Assembly: GCA_021325355.1 (NCBI GenBank)
Contig: JAJPHI010000014.1
Location: 1,129-65,128, forward strand
Length of the DNA stretch: 64,000 bases
Source of the DNA: Pseudomonadota bacterium
GTDB taxonomy: Bacteria > Desulfobacterota > Binatia > Binatales > Binataceae
Direction: 5' to 3'
This document shows positions 50,365-60,561 of this stretch, one piece after another. The position numbers and the translations under genes are program-made. The stretch's first letter is position 1. Every line of letters begins with the position of its first letter. A model generated the notes under the pieces. It did not search any database, was not told where the DNA came from, and saw nothing but the letters and a program-made list of their open reading frames with translations.

Positions 50365-51521
50365 TGCCGACGGCGACGATCAGCACGAGCGTTCTCCTGC
50401 GGCTACTGGCACTTTACGGACGGATCTCTGATTTCCGGCGACGGCCGTCGCCGCGCCCGCCCCACCGCCTGTTAGTCGTCACCACGGGCGGCATCGGCGA
50501 CGGTGTTCTGCTTCACGCGATCATCCACCATCTGCGTCGGTTGAGTCCGACGATGGAGGTCGGGATCCTGGCCGGGTTCGGTGCCGCCGAAGCGCTGGCC
50601 GGTCTGCGCGACGCGAGGTTCCATCAATACGCGCCGGGCGCGCGCGGCACGATCGGGTGGGGCAAACTGATTCGCGAATTGCGGCGGGCGCGCTATGACA
50701 CCGCGCTCGCGACCGATCACACGTCGTTCACCAGCGCCGCGATCGTCTGTCTTGCGCGGATTCGCTGCCGCGTCGGTTTCAGGCCGGTGAACCACTACCC
50801 TCAGCATCGCCTGTTCAATCACGTGGTTGCGCTCGACGAAGGCCGGTCGCAGTGGGAATCGCTGCTCGAACTGGCGCGGGTGGTCGAGCCCGATCTGCCG
50901 CCGATGGTGGAGGTGGTCCCTCTGCCGATTCCGGCGCCGCTCGAGGCGCAGGTGGCGGCCTGGTGGCAGGCCGTCGTACCGGCGGGCAGCCGGGTAGTCG
51001 CGGTGCATCCGGGATCGGGCGTTCACGAGTTCAAGCGCTGGCCGGTCGAACGCTTCGTCGAGACCGTTCGCACGCTGCAGCGCGCCGCGCCGCATCTGCT
51101 GCCACTATTGACCGGGAACGGCGCCGAGCGCGATTTATGTGAAAGATTCCGGCGCCTGTACGGAGGGCTGACGATCAACGCCGTCGGGGTATTTCCGGGC
51201 GTCGCGGCGACGGCCGCAATCCTACGGCGATGCGATCTTTTGATCAGTAATGATACGGGGGTGATGCATCTGGGCGCAGCGATGGGCGTGCCGACCGTCG
51301 GACTGTTCGGTCCAACCTCGCCGATCCAGTGGGCGCCGCGCGGGCCGCACGCAACCTATGTTGCTGGTCCGCAGCCACCGTGCAGTCCATGTATCCGCAA
51401 CTACCGCGGCGCGCTGCCGGATCGCTGCACCAATCCCGTGACCGGGCAATGCCTGGCGACGCTCGCCGTCGATCAGGTGGTTGGGGCGGCCGCGCGGGTT
51501 GCCGGTCGATGGCTCACCTAG
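50361..51521 (+). CDS. GT9-family glycosyltransferase (heptosyltransferase-like)
   Basis: LLVVTTGGIGDGVLLHAII and AVHPGSGVHEFKRWP resemble RfaF/WaaC motifs. Confidence 0.7.
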   Translation: MMPTATISTSVLLRLLALYGRISDFRRRPSPRPPHRLLVVTTGGIGDGVLLHAIIHHLRRLSPTMEVGILAGFGAAEALAGLRDARFHQYAPGARGTIGWGKLIRELRRARYDTALATDHTSFTSAAIVCLARIRCRVGFRPVNHYPQHRLFNHVVALDEGRSQWESLLELARVVEPDLPPMVEVVPLPIPAPLEAQVAAWWQAVVPAGSRVVAVHPGSGVHEFKRWPVERFVETVRTLQRAAPHLLPLLTGNGAERDLCERFRRLYGGLTINAVGVFPGVAATAAILRRCDLLISNDTGVMHLGAAMGVPTVGLFGPTSPIQWAPRGPHATYVAGPQPPCSPCIRNYRGALPDRCTNPVTGQCLATLAVDQVVGAAARVAGRWLT

Positions 51522-52315
51522 TCGCAGCGTCATCGCCGAAGCGTCTGCGTGACGTGATGCGAACGGCGTCGCGGCTCCGCTATCTTGCGTGGCGCGCGAC
51601 CCCGATTCGTCGTCAGATTACCCTGCGATTGCGCGGCGGCGAACGGATCGTGGTGCGGCCGCCGCCGAGCGGCGACCTGAGCGTCGCGTTCGAGATTTTC
51701 GTGGCCGAGCTGTATCGGTCGCCGCGACCGCTCCCCGCGGTCAGTAGGATTGTTGACGTCGGCGCGAATGTCGGTTTTTCGGTAACCTATCTGGCGCGAC
51801 GCTTTCCGACGGCGACGGTGACGGCATTTGAACCCCATCCGGCGCACCTGCTGCAGCTTGCCCGGAATGTCAAGGCCAACCATCTCGGGGATCGCGTGAC
51901 CGTGATTCCGGCGGCCGCCGGTGCGGCCAGCGGTCGCGGCTTTCTGAGCGATGCCGGCGAGTGCTCACGCCTCGTTCTCGAGGCAGCGCAGGATGGTATC
52001 GAGGTTCCGATAGCTGATTTCTTTGCGGCGATCGGCGACGAGCCGATCGATCTACTGAAGATGGACTGCGAGGGCGGCGAGCACGCGCTGGTCATGGATG
52101 ATCGCTTCGCCGCCCTGCGGATTGCGGCGATCGTCCTCGAATGGCACGCGGGGCCATATCCTGCGGCCGACGAGACACGTCTGCAAAGGCGGCTGCTCGA
52201 CCTTGGGTTTGAGATCGAAACAGGGACCGCGCAGGCCCTGGGCGATCGTCGATGGGGCATGCTGTGGGCCTACCACCGCGATCGTAGCCGCATCGCCACG
52301 GGCGCCGGCCAATGA
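51509..52315 (+). CDS. FkbM-family SAM-dependent methyltransferase
   Basis: VDVGANVGFSVTYLARRFP matches the FkbM signature. The start was set at the ATG at 51509. Confidence 0.7.
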   Translation: MAHLVAASSPKRLRDVMRTASRLRYLAWRATPIRRQITLRLRGGERIVVRPPPSGDLSVAFEIFVAELYRSPRPLPAVSRIVDVGANVGFSVTYLARRFPTATVTAFEPHPAHLLQLARNVKANHLGDRVTVIPAAAGAASGRGFLSDAGECSRLVLEAAQDGIEVPIADFFAAIGDEPIDLLKMDCEGGEHALVMDDRFAALRIAAIVLEWHAGPYPAADETRLQRRLLDLGFEIETGTAQALGDRRWGMLWAYHRDRSRIATGAGQ

Positions 52316-53646
52316 TTGCGATCGGGCTCTGCGGCGCGGCTTTCATCGGATGCTTCGTGGCCACGCGTCAGGCTCTGTGGGCCGGAATCGCTGCGAGCCT
52401 GGCGGTCGGCTACCTCTATGGGATAATTCGCGCGAACCTCGCGAATCCGGCCGCGCAATTTGTGTACGACGCGGCCATCGCCGGGGTTTTCCTGGCCGCG
52501 CTGGCCCAGCGACTCGATTCTGCGCAGCGGTGGCGGCTGCGCCGGCTGATGCCGTGGGTAATCTGTCTCATCGGATGGCCGACGATGCTGCTTTTGGTGC
52601 CGTCGCAAAATCCCTGGATCCAGTTGGTCGGATGGCGCGGCAACGTGCTGTTCGTGCCCTTTATTCTGCTCGGCGGCCTGCTTGACGAAAATACGATGCG
52701 GCGCCTGGCGCGAAGTATCGGATGGCTCAATCTGGCGGTTCTGCTGGTTGCCTTCGCGGAAGTTATCTGGGGCGTGCCGCGCTTCTATCCATTCAACGCC
52801 GTGGACGCGATCATTTACAAAAGCACGGACGTCACCTTCAACGGCGTCAACCATTATCGCATCCCGGCAACTTTCACCCACTCTGCCGCTTACGCTACGT
52901 GCATGGTCGCCAGCATCCCGCTTCTGGTAGGCGCTTTGAGCCTGACTCGACTTCGCGGCGAACGCTGGTTTCTGCTGGGGGCGGTGGGAGCTTCGGCCAT
53001 CGGCGTGTTTCTCGCCGCGTCGCGTTCCGAGGCGGTGGTCTTGATTACCATCGTGATGGTGACGACGGTGGCGCTCGGCGGCCGGCGCATTCCGCGTATG
53101 GCCTGGGTGGTGCTTATCATCGTGATTGCCGCGATCGTTGCGGCAACGCCGCGACTGCAGCGATTTTTCACGCTGGCGAATCCTGAAGTGGTGACCGCAA
53201 GACTGCATTCGAGCGTCAACGGCTCGATTATCGACCTGATCGAGGAATATCCTCTGGGTAACGGCCTCGGCGGTGGCGGCACCAGTATTCCCTATTTTCT
53301 CAAGCCGCTGCTACACGATCCCGTGGCGGTCGAGAATGAGTATGGACGAATTGTTCTGGAGCAGGGATTGCCCGGCCTGCTTATCTGGCTTGGATTCATG
53401 TTCTGGGTGCTGATCCGCTCCGCGCCGGACCGCAACGATCCCTGGTACGTGGGTCGTTGGCTGGCGCGGCTGTTCTGTCTCATCTCGTTCGCGACCGCGC
53501 CGCTCGGCACCGGTCTGCTGAATGCAATTCCGCAAACCGCGCTGACCCTGATGTACTGCGGATGGATCGCCACCTCGCGCCAGCGCCCGCGACTTCGCAC
53601 CGCGCCCCGTCGGCCTGCGGCGCGCGCCGTGGCGGCGAGCTCATGA
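52312..53646 (+). CDS. Polytopic membrane protein, O-antigen polymerase/ligase (Wzy)-like
   Basis: About 10-12 predicted transmembrane segments with a larger loop. It lies inside the polysaccharide locus. Confidence 0.5.
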   Translation: MIAIGLCGAAFIGCFVATRQALWAGIAASLAVGYLYGIIRANLANPAAQFVYDAAIAGVFLAALAQRLDSAQRWRLRRLMPWVICLIGWPTMLLLVPSQNPWIQLVGWRGNVLFVPFILLGGLLDENTMRRLARSIGWLNLAVLLVAFAEVIWGVPRFYPFNAVDAIIYKSTDVTFNGVNHYRIPATFTHSAAYATCMVASIPLLVGALSLTRLRGERWFLLGAVGASAIGVFLAASRSEAVVLITIVMVTTVALGGRRIPRMAWVVLIIVIAAIVAATPRLQRFFTLANPEVVTARLHSSVNGSIIDLIEEYPLGNGLGGGGTSIPYFLKPLLHDPVAVENEYGRIVLEQGLPGLLIWLGFMFWVLIRSAPDRNDPWYVGRWLARLFCLISFATAPLGTGLLNAIPQTALTLMYCGWIATSRQRPRLRTAPRRPAARAVAASS

Positions 53647-54854
53647 TGGCTCGGCGGTCGCGCGAAACGTCATCGTGCTGGGTGCTGGTCGCCGGCGGTT
53701 TTCACGCTGACGGCGGCATGGACAAACTCAACGCGGCGCTCGCGCGGTATCTGATCGATCAGGGGCATGCGGTGCACCTCGTGGCTTTTCGGATCGACGA
53801 TTCCTTCCTGCTACGGCACGCCGCCGGGACGTATCTCGTGGCGAAGCCGGCCGGCTCTTTTTTTCTTGGGCGGACGCGTCTCGATCGGAGGGGCAGGCGC
53901 GTCGCCGCGGCGCTCAAGGCGCGCGGTTTGCGGGTGCGCGTTGTCGCCAACGGTATCGGGTGCACGTGGCCGGATATCAACTGGGTGCATTTTGTAAATC
54001 ACGCGTGGCCGTCGCGGATGATGCACGGTCCGCGATGGCTACGGCTCAAGTCGCGCATCGAAGCGCGCCATACCCTTAGGCTCGAGCGGCACGTCCTGCC
54101 CCGCGCGCGACTCCTGATTGCCAACTCCCGCCGAACTCGCGCGGACCTGCTGAAGTACCTGCAGGTGCCGCCCGACCGTATCGTGACCGTCTACCCGGGG
54201 CTGGAGTCGGACTGGGCTCCCGCAACCGCCGAGGAGCGGAACCGCGCGCGCTCCAGTCTGGGGATCAGCGACCCGTCGCCGACGATTCTCTTCGTCGGCG
54301 CACTCGGTTTCGATCGGCGCAAGGGCTTCGATACGCTCTGGGAGGCGTGGCGGCGGCTTGCCGGTCGCGAGGATTGGCGCGCGACGCTGCTGGTTGCCGG
54401 CGACGGGCGAGCGCTGCCGCATTGGCGTCGGATCGTGAGCGCATCCGAATATGGCAAACGGGTTAGATTCCTGGGCTTCGCGCCGATTGCCGAGGTCTTG
54501 CCCGCTGCCGACCTGCTGGTTAGTCCGACGCGCTACGAGCCCTACGGGCTGAACGTGCACGAAGCCATCTGTCGCGGCGTCCCCGCGCTGGTCAGCGCCG
54601 ACGCGGGGGTCGCTGAACGCTTTCCGCCGTCGCTGCGTCCGTGTCTACTCGCCAGTCCGGATGATCCCGATGAAATCGCTCGTCGCCTGGTGGAGTGGAG
54701 CGGGCGTGGCGATGACTGCCGTCGTCTTTTCGCGCCCTTGAGCCGCGCCTTGCGCGACCATACGGCTGACGCGATGGCGCGTCAGATCGTCGAGGCGGTG
54801 ACCGAATCATCAGATGGAAAGTGGCGTGAGTTAAATGATCGCCGGGCCGTATAA
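53643..54854 (+). CDS. GT4-family glycosyltransferase
   Basis: GT-B fold with a YEPYGLNVHEAICRGVPALV motif. The start was set at the ATG at 53643, giving an ATGA overlap. Confidence 0.7.
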   Translation: MMARRSRETSSCWVLVAGGFHADGGMDKLNAALARYLIDQGHAVHLVAFRIDDSFLLRHAAGTYLVAKPAGSFFLGRTRLDRRGRRVAAALKARGLRVRVVANGIGCTWPDINWVHFVNHAWPSRMMHGPRWLRLKSRIEARHTLRLERHVLPRARLLIANSRRTRADLLKYLQVPPDRIVTVYPGLESDWAPATAEERNRARSSLGISDPSPTILFVGALGFDRRKGFDTLWEAWRRLAGREDWRATLLVAGDGRALPHWRRIVSASEYGKRVRFLGFAPIAEVLPAADLLVSPTRYEPYGLNVHEAICRGVPALVSADAGVAERFPPSLRPCLLASPDDPDEIARRLVEWSGRGDDCRRLFAPLSRALRDHTADAMARQIVEAVTESSDGKWRELNDRRAV

Positions 54855-54865
54855 TTCGCATACGC

Positions 54866-55780
54866 ATGGATGCTGAGGAATTTGCCATCGATAGCGCAGT
54901 TGACCGACCAACGGCCGAGGCTGCGGCCGACGCGCTGCAAGATTCGGTGGCGGACCGCGCGGAGCGGCCGCTGCTGACTATCCGCGGTGGGCGTCGATGG
55001 ACGGGTCTCGGCTTCGTCGAACTGTGGAAATATCGCGATCTCCTGCTGCTCCTGACGTGGCGCGAAATCAAAATCCGCTACAAGCAGACGGTGCTGGGCA
55101 TCGTCTGGGCAGTTATTCAACCGCTGCTGACGATGGTGATCTTCACACTGTTGTTCGGCAAACTCGCGCGACTGCCTTCCGACGGGGCTCCTTACGCGAT
55201 CTTCTCTTACGTCGGACTACTGGCCTGGAATTTTTTCAATACCGCGGTCGCCGGCAGCAGCACGAGTCTGGTGGGTAATTCCAACCTGATCACGAAAGTA
55301 TATTTTCCGCGCCTGGTCATTCCCGGAGCGACGGTCGGCGCGGCGCTCTTCGACCTGGCAATTGCCGCCACGCTGCTGCTGCCGATGATGCTGTTCTATC
55401 AGATGACCTTCTCGCTACGCCTGCTGATGTTGCCGATATTCACCCTGCTGCTGACAATCGTGGCAAGCGGCGTAGGGTTGTGGGCCGCGGCGCTCAACGT
55501 TAAATACCGCGACGTGCGTTATGCCCTGCCTTTTCTGCTGCAGGTCTGGATGTTTGTAACGCCGATTATTTATCCGATCAGTTTCGTGCCCGCCCGATGG
55601 CGCTGGCTAATCGCGCTGAACCCGTTGACGGGTATTATTGCGAATTTGCGTGCCAGCGTTCTGGACCGCTCCTTTGACTGGCGGAATCTGTTTATTTCGA
55701 CGCTGGTTGCGGTTTCACTGCTGATTTACTCCACATATATATTTCGGCGTCTGGAGCGGGAATTCGCCGATCTGATCTGA
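54866..55780 (+). CDS. wzm: ABC-2 type polysaccharide/O-antigen export permease (Wzm)
   Basis: Six-TM ABC-2 permease (LLLLTWREIKIRYKQTVLGIVWAVIQPLLTMVIF). Confidence 0.8.
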   Translation: MDAEEFAIDSAVDRPTAEAAADALQDSVADRAERPLLTIRGGRRWTGLGFVELWKYRDLLLLLTWREIKIRYKQTVLGIVWAVIQPLLTMVIFTLLFGKLARLPSDGAPYAIFSYVGLLAWNFFNTAVAGSSTSLVGNSNLITKVYFPRLVIPGATVGAALFDLAIAATLLLPMMLFYQMTFSLRLLMLPIFTLLLTIVASGVGLWAAALNVKYRDVRYALPFLLQVWMFVTPIIYPISFVPARWRWLIALNPLTGIIANLRASVLDRSFDWRNLFISTLVAVSLLIYSTYIFRRLEREFADLI

Positions 55781-55801
55781 GTATTTGAAGACGTTGCGCC
55801 G

Positions 55802-57088
55802 ATGCGGCCGATGGTCAGAGTCGAAGGGGTAACCAAGCGCTACCGCCTGGGTGAGCGCGAGCCGTATTTCACCTTGCGCGAAGCGTTGATGCGCGCGCTC
55901 GCCGCTCCGGCCCGCTGGTCCCGCGCGCGCCGCGGCACAGCGCGCCGCGCAGCGGACGCGCCGTATCTCCTGGCGCTCGACGACGTCAGTTTCGCAGTGG
56001 ATGCGGGCGCAGTGGTCGGGATTATCGGACGCAATGGCGCGGGCAAGTCGACGCTGCTCAAAATCCTCTCGCGGATAACCGAGCCGACCGCCGGTCAGAT
56101 TGACCTTTACGGTCGGGTTGGCAGCCTGCTGGAAATCGGTACCGGGTTCCATCCTGAGCTGACGGGGCGCGACAACGTTTTTCTGAGCGGCGCGATTTTA
56201 GGCATGCGGCGCGCCGAGATCGCGCGCAAATTCGACGCGATCGTGGCCTTTGCCGAGGTCGAGAAATTCATCGATACCCCGGTCAAGCGCTATTCGAGCG
56301 GTATGTACGTGCGTCTGGCATTCGCCGTCGCCGCTCATCTGGAGACCGAAATTCTGCTGGTGGATGAAGTGCTCGCCGTCGGCGACGCGGCGTTCCAGAA
56401 GCGCTGCCTCGGCAAGATGGGTGAAGTCGCGCGCACCGGGCGCACGGTTCTCTTCGTGAGCCACAACATGGCGGCGATCGAATCGTTGTGCCAGTCCTGC
56501 ATATTGTTGCGCGGGGGCAGACTCCAGGGGATCGGACCGCCGTCGGAGATTATAACCCGCTACATGACCGAGGAGTTGCTCGAGCGCGGCGGCGGCGCCG
56601 AGATGAGCAATCATCCGGGTCGGCGACGCGGCTCGATCGTGATGCTGCGGAGTGTGCGGGTGTGGTCCGACGGCGTGGAGGGCGGCGGGCGGATGGGAGC
56701 GCGGCTCGTGGTCGAAGCGAATTTCGCCGCACCGCGGCCGATTCGGCCCACCTTCGCGGTGACGATCAAGAGTGCGAACGGCGCGCCGATCTTCGGTGTC
56801 AGCAACCGCTGGACGCGCCAGGGCGCGGAGGCGGAGCCGCTGCGCGGCGGCCTTATCGCCTGCGAGTTTCCGCGCCTGCCGCTGATGCCGGGTACCTATC
56901 TGCTGGATCTCTACCTGGGTGATTTCGGCGACCCCACCCGCGATCTCGATGTCATCCTCGATGCGGTGACGCTCGAAGTCTTTCCGTCGGATATCTACGG
57001 CACGGGGATGCTGCCCCGGCCAATTGACGGGCCGGTCTTTTGCGATGCGACCTGGCGGGTTCAAGAGGTCGGAGACTCCGATGCCTGA
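55802..57088 (+). CDS. wzt: ABC transporter ATPase Wzt with an extended C-terminal (substrate-recognition-like) domain
   Basis: Nucleotide-binding domain (GRNGAGKSTLLKIL, YSSGMYVRLAF) plus a roughly 170-aa beta-rich C-terminal extension. Confidence 0.8.
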   Translation: MRPMVRVEGVTKRYRLGEREPYFTLREALMRALAAPARWSRARRGTARRAADAPYLLALDDVSFAVDAGAVVGIIGRNGAGKSTLLKILSRITEPTAGQIDLYGRVGSLLEIGTGFHPELTGRDNVFLSGAILGMRRAEIARKFDAIVAFAEVEKFIDTPVKRYSSGMYVRLAFAVAAHLETEILLVDEVLAVGDAAFQKRCLGKMGEVARTGRTVLFVSHNMAAIESLCQSCILLRGGRLQGIGPPSEIITRYMTEELLERGGGAEMSNHPGRRRGSIVMLRSVRVWSDGVEGGGRMGARLVVEANFAAPRPIRPTFAVTIKSANGAPIFGVSNRWTRQGAEAEPLRGGLIACEFPRLPLMPGTYLLDLYLGDFGDPTRDLDVILDAVTLEVFPSDIYGTGMLPRPIDGPVFCDATWRVQEVGDSDA

Positions 57089-58244
57089 TTCAGCGCTGCT
57101 CGCGTCGCCACCGGGCGTTGCCGGTGACCAATCCGCCGTATCCCATAGGGAAAATTCGGCGCGAAGAACGACGCGCGTGGTGCATCTGGTGCCCGCGCGC
57201 TTCGGGATTGACGGTGTGATGGGCGGGGCCGAGCGCTTTGCTCATCAACTGGCGCGCCACATGGCGGAAGAGGTCCCGACGCGACTCGTTACCTTCGGCG
57301 AGTCCGATAGCTCGTTCTGCGACCGCAAGCTCACCGTCCGCGTGATCGGCCGAGCCTGGCGGGTGCGTGGCCAGAGCGCGAATCCGATCGCACCCGGCTT
57401 ACTGCGCGAATTGCGATGGGCCGACGTCGTGCATTGCCATCAGCGCTTTGTGTTGGCCGCCAGTGTCGCCGCGCTGTTTTGTCGGCTCTCAGGACGCCGC
57501 GTGTTTGTGACCGATCTCGGCGGCGGCGGCTGGGACCTTTCTTTGTATCTCAACACCGACCGCTGGTTTCACGGCCATCTGCATCTGAGCGAGTACAGTC
57601 GCGCCGGCTACGGGCATACTGGCCGCCCCTGGGCGCACGTCATCTCGGGCGGCGTCGATACGCAGTTCTTCTCGCCGTCAGCCCCGCCGCGCGAGCGCCG
57701 CGCCGCGCTCTACGTCGGGCGCATCCTGCCGCATAAGGGGATCGACGTCCTCATTCGCGCGCTGCCACCCGATATGCCTCTCACGATAATCGGCCGGGCC
57801 TACGATGCGCGTTATCTAGAGGATCTGCGGCAACTCGCAAGCGCCAAATCGGTTGATTTCAACCTGGAGTGTGGTGATGACGACCTGGTTGCCGCTTATC
57901 GACGCGCCGCCTGCGTGATTCTGCCGAGTGTCCAACGGACGCTTTACGGCGAGAGAGTTGATTCCGCGGAGCTCCTGGGTCAGACCTTGCTCGAAGCGAT
58001 GGCTTGCGCGACGCCGGTGATCTGCTCCGCGCTCGGCGGCATGCCGGAAATCGTCGACGATGGCGTCAATGGGTTCGTGGTGCCGCCCGGGGATTGCGAC
58101 GCGCTCCGTCAACGGCTTCGCTGGTTCGCCGAGCATCCCGATGAAGCGGCGGCGATGGGTGCGGCGGGCCGCGCGCAAGTGGTCGCGAAGTTCACCTGGC
58201 CCCGGGTCGTTCGCCGCTGCCTCGAGATTTATCGTTCCGTATGA
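57081..58244 (+). CDS. GT4-family glycosyltransferase
   Basis: GT-B fold. The start was set at the ATG at 57081, preceded by GGAGA. Confidence 0.7.
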   Translation: MPDSALLASPPGVAGDQSAVSHRENSARRTTRVVHLVPARFGIDGVMGGAERFAHQLARHMAEEVPTRLVTFGESDSSFCDRKLTVRVIGRAWRVRGQSANPIAPGLLRELRWADVVHCHQRFVLAASVAALFCRLSGRRVFVTDLGGGGWDLSLYLNTDRWFHGHLHLSEYSRAGYGHTGRPWAHVISGGVDTQFFSPSAPPRERRAALYVGRILPHKGIDVLIRALPPDMPLTIIGRAYDARYLEDLRQLASAKSVDFNLECGDDDLVAAYRRAACVILPSVQRTLYGERVDSAELLGQTLLEAMACATPVICSALGGMPEIVDDGVNGFVVPPGDCDALRQRLRWFAEHPDEAAAMGAAGRAQVVAKFTWPRVVRRCLEIYRSV

Positions 58245-59374
58245 TCTGGCGGATACTTACCGGAGAATATCCGCCGCAGCGCGGCGGCGTCAGCGATTAC
58301 ACGCGACTCGTCGCGCGCGGGCTCCGCGCCGCCGGCGATCAGGTTCACGTCATCGCGCCGCATACGGATAAGGCGGCAGCGATTGACGATGGGATCGTGG
58401 TCCATCGCCTGCCGGGAAGTCTGGGACCGCGCGCCCTTTGGCGGATCGATCAAGTGCTGGCACAGGACAGCGGACGGCTGCTGGTCCAATACGTACCGCA
58501 GGCCTTCGGCACCCGCGGGATGAATCTGCCCTTCGCGATGTGGCTTCGGGCGCGGCGCGCTCTTCGTCCGATCGTGATGTTTCATGAAGTCATGTTTCCG
58601 CTCGAGCGCGGCCAGCCCCTTCGCCGGAACCTGCTCGGCGCAGCTACGCGCCTGATGGCGCGGCTGATCGCACAGTCCGCCGACCGGATCCTGGTTGCGA
58701 CGCCAGCCTGGGCCGAAGTGTTAAGGGAGCGGGTGGGCGTCAGACGCGAGGTGGAATGGCTGCCGCTCCCGAGCGTGATCGAACCGTTCTGCGACGAGAC
58801 CGCGGTGCGGCGACTCCGCGACCGGTTCACGCGACCGGGCGACCTGCTCGTCGCCCACTTCAGCACCTATCCCGAGCAGACGCGTGAACTCCTGCGAGCC
58901 CTGGTGCCGCGGCTCCTGACCGATGACCTTCGCGCGCACCTGCTCCTGCTGGGCTACGGCAATCGTGAATTTCTCGATCAGCTTGGACCCTGCCGCGAGC
59001 GCTTCGCCGGCCGTCTCCACGCGCCCGGCGCGTTGACTGAGCGCGACCTCTCACTTCATCTGTCGGCGGCGGACCTGATGCTTCAACCCTATCCGGACGG
59101 GGCCAATGCGCGGCGCAGCACGCTTATCATCGCGCTCGCGCATCGGCGGTGCGTACTGACCACGCGCGGGGTCGCGACCGAAGGCTTCTGGAACGAGAGC
59201 GGTGCCGTGATGATCGTCGAGCCTGCGGAGCTCTACTCGGCCCTGGCAAGTCTCGGCGGCGATGCCGCGCTGCGTGCGCGTTATGCGGACCGCGCCGCAG
59301 CTCTTTACCACGATCAATTTCAACTTCGTTGGACGATCGCGCGGCTGCGCGGCGAAGGATGCGAATCGCATTAG
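58241..59374 (+). CDS. Glycosyltransferase (GT4-like)
   Basis: GT-B fold with a 4-nt overlap with the upstream gene. Confidence 0.55.
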   Translation: MIWRILTGEYPPQRGGVSDYTRLVARGLRAAGDQVHVIAPHTDKAAAIDDGIVVHRLPGSLGPRALWRIDQVLAQDSGRLLVQYVPQAFGTRGMNLPFAMWLRARRALRPIVMFHEVMFPLERGQPLRRNLLGAATRLMARLIAQSADRILVATPAWAEVLRERVGVRREVEWLPLPSVIEPFCDETAVRRLRDRFTRPGDLLVAHFSTYPEQTRELLRALVPRLLTDDLRAHLLLLGYGNREFLDQLGPCRERFAGRLHAPGALTERDLSLHLSAADLMLQPYPDGANARRSTLIIALAHRRCVLTTRGVATEGFWNESGAVMIVEPAELYSALASLGGDAALRARYADRAAALYHDQFQLRWTIARLRGEGCESH

Positions 59375-60561
59375 CAAACTGGAGCTGCCGGCGATGCGGC
59401 GGCGCCGAAGCCTATCTGGGCCGGATCCTTCCGGGTCTCGCGGCGCGCCATGAAGTGGCATTTCTCCACGAGCTTGATTCGGGGCCGGATCGCGAAGCGA
59501 TAGCGGCGCTCGATCGGATACCGACCTGGAACGTTTCTGAGCTCGGCGACCGCGCGCTCTCCGGATTACGCGCATGGCGCCCCGACGTGCTCTACATTCA
59601 CGGCCTTCGCGACCGCAAGCTCGAGGCGGAATTGTCAGCGATCGCACCGGCGGTGCTTTACGCCCACGATCATGTCGCTGATTGTATCAGCGGCGCCAAG
59701 GCGTTCAGCTTTCCCCATCCCCGACCGTGCGGACGTTCGCTGGGCCCGGCGTGCCTGTTGCACTACTATCCGCGTCGATGCGGCGGGCTGAGTCCGGCGA
59801 CGATGTGGCTGATGTACCAGCAGGCCAATCAGCGTCGCAACCGATTGGGTGGCTACCGTGCAATCCTGACCGCGAGCCAATACATGCGCAGCGAATATCA
59901 GGCGCTGGGTTCGGCCCCTCAGAAGATCGTGACACTTCCGCCGCCCGTCGCCGAACGCTTGCCGCGCAACGAGGGCGCGGACGACGGACCAACGGCCGCC
60001 CATGTGCAACTGCTGTTCCTTGGGCGGATGGTGCCGTTGAAGGGCGGGGAGCTGCTGATTCGCGCCGCGCCGCGAATCGCCGCTAGGCTCGGGCGTCCGG
60101 TGCGGGTGGTCATGGCTGGTGACGGCGCCGCGCGCGCGAGTTGGGCTCGACTCGGCGCGGCGGTCGCGCACCGCAATCGCGCGGTTGTCTTCGAGTTCGC
60201 CGGCTGGCTGGGCGAGGGGGCGCTCCGCCGTGTGTTTGATCGCACCGACCTCCTCGTTATGCCGAGCATCTGGCCGGAACCCTTCGGGATGAGCGGTCCC
60301 GAGGCGGCGGCTCACGGAATTCCCGCCGCCGCTTTTGCCGTGGGCGGCATCCCGGAATGGCTGCAGGACGGCGACAATGGGCATCTGGCACCCGCCGACC
60401 CGCCGGGGGCAGAAGCCCTGGCCGACGCGGTCACGCGTTGTCTCGGCGACCGCGAACATTATCGCCGGCTCCGGCAAGGCGCGTTTTGCCGCGCAGCCAC
60501 CTACGACCTCGGCGGACATCTGGGCAAACTGATCCAGGTACTTGATGAGGCGGCGAGATGA
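59359..60561 (+). CDS. GT4-family glycosyltransferase
   Basis: EPFGMSGPEAAAHGIPAAAFAVGGIPE motif. The start was set at the ATG at 59359. Confidence 0.7.
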   Translation: MRIALANWSCRRCGGAEAYLGRILPGLAARHEVAFLHELDSGPDREAIAALDRIPTWNVSELGDRALSGLRAWRPDVLYIHGLRDRKLEAELSAIAPAVLYAHDHVADCISGAKAFSFPHPRPCGRSLGPACLLHYYPRRCGGLSPATMWLMYQQANQRRNRLGGYRAILTASQYMRSEYQALGSAPQKIVTLPPPVAERLPRNEGADDGPTAAHVQLLFLGRMVPLKGGELLIRAAPRIAARLGRPVRVVMAGDGAARASWARLGAAVAHRNRAVVFEFAGWLGEGALRRVFDRTDLLVMPSIWPEPFGMSGPEAAAHGIPAAAFAVGGIPEWLQDGDNGHLAPADPPGAEALADAVTRCLGDREHYRRLRQGAFCRAATYDLGGHLGKLIQVLDEAAR

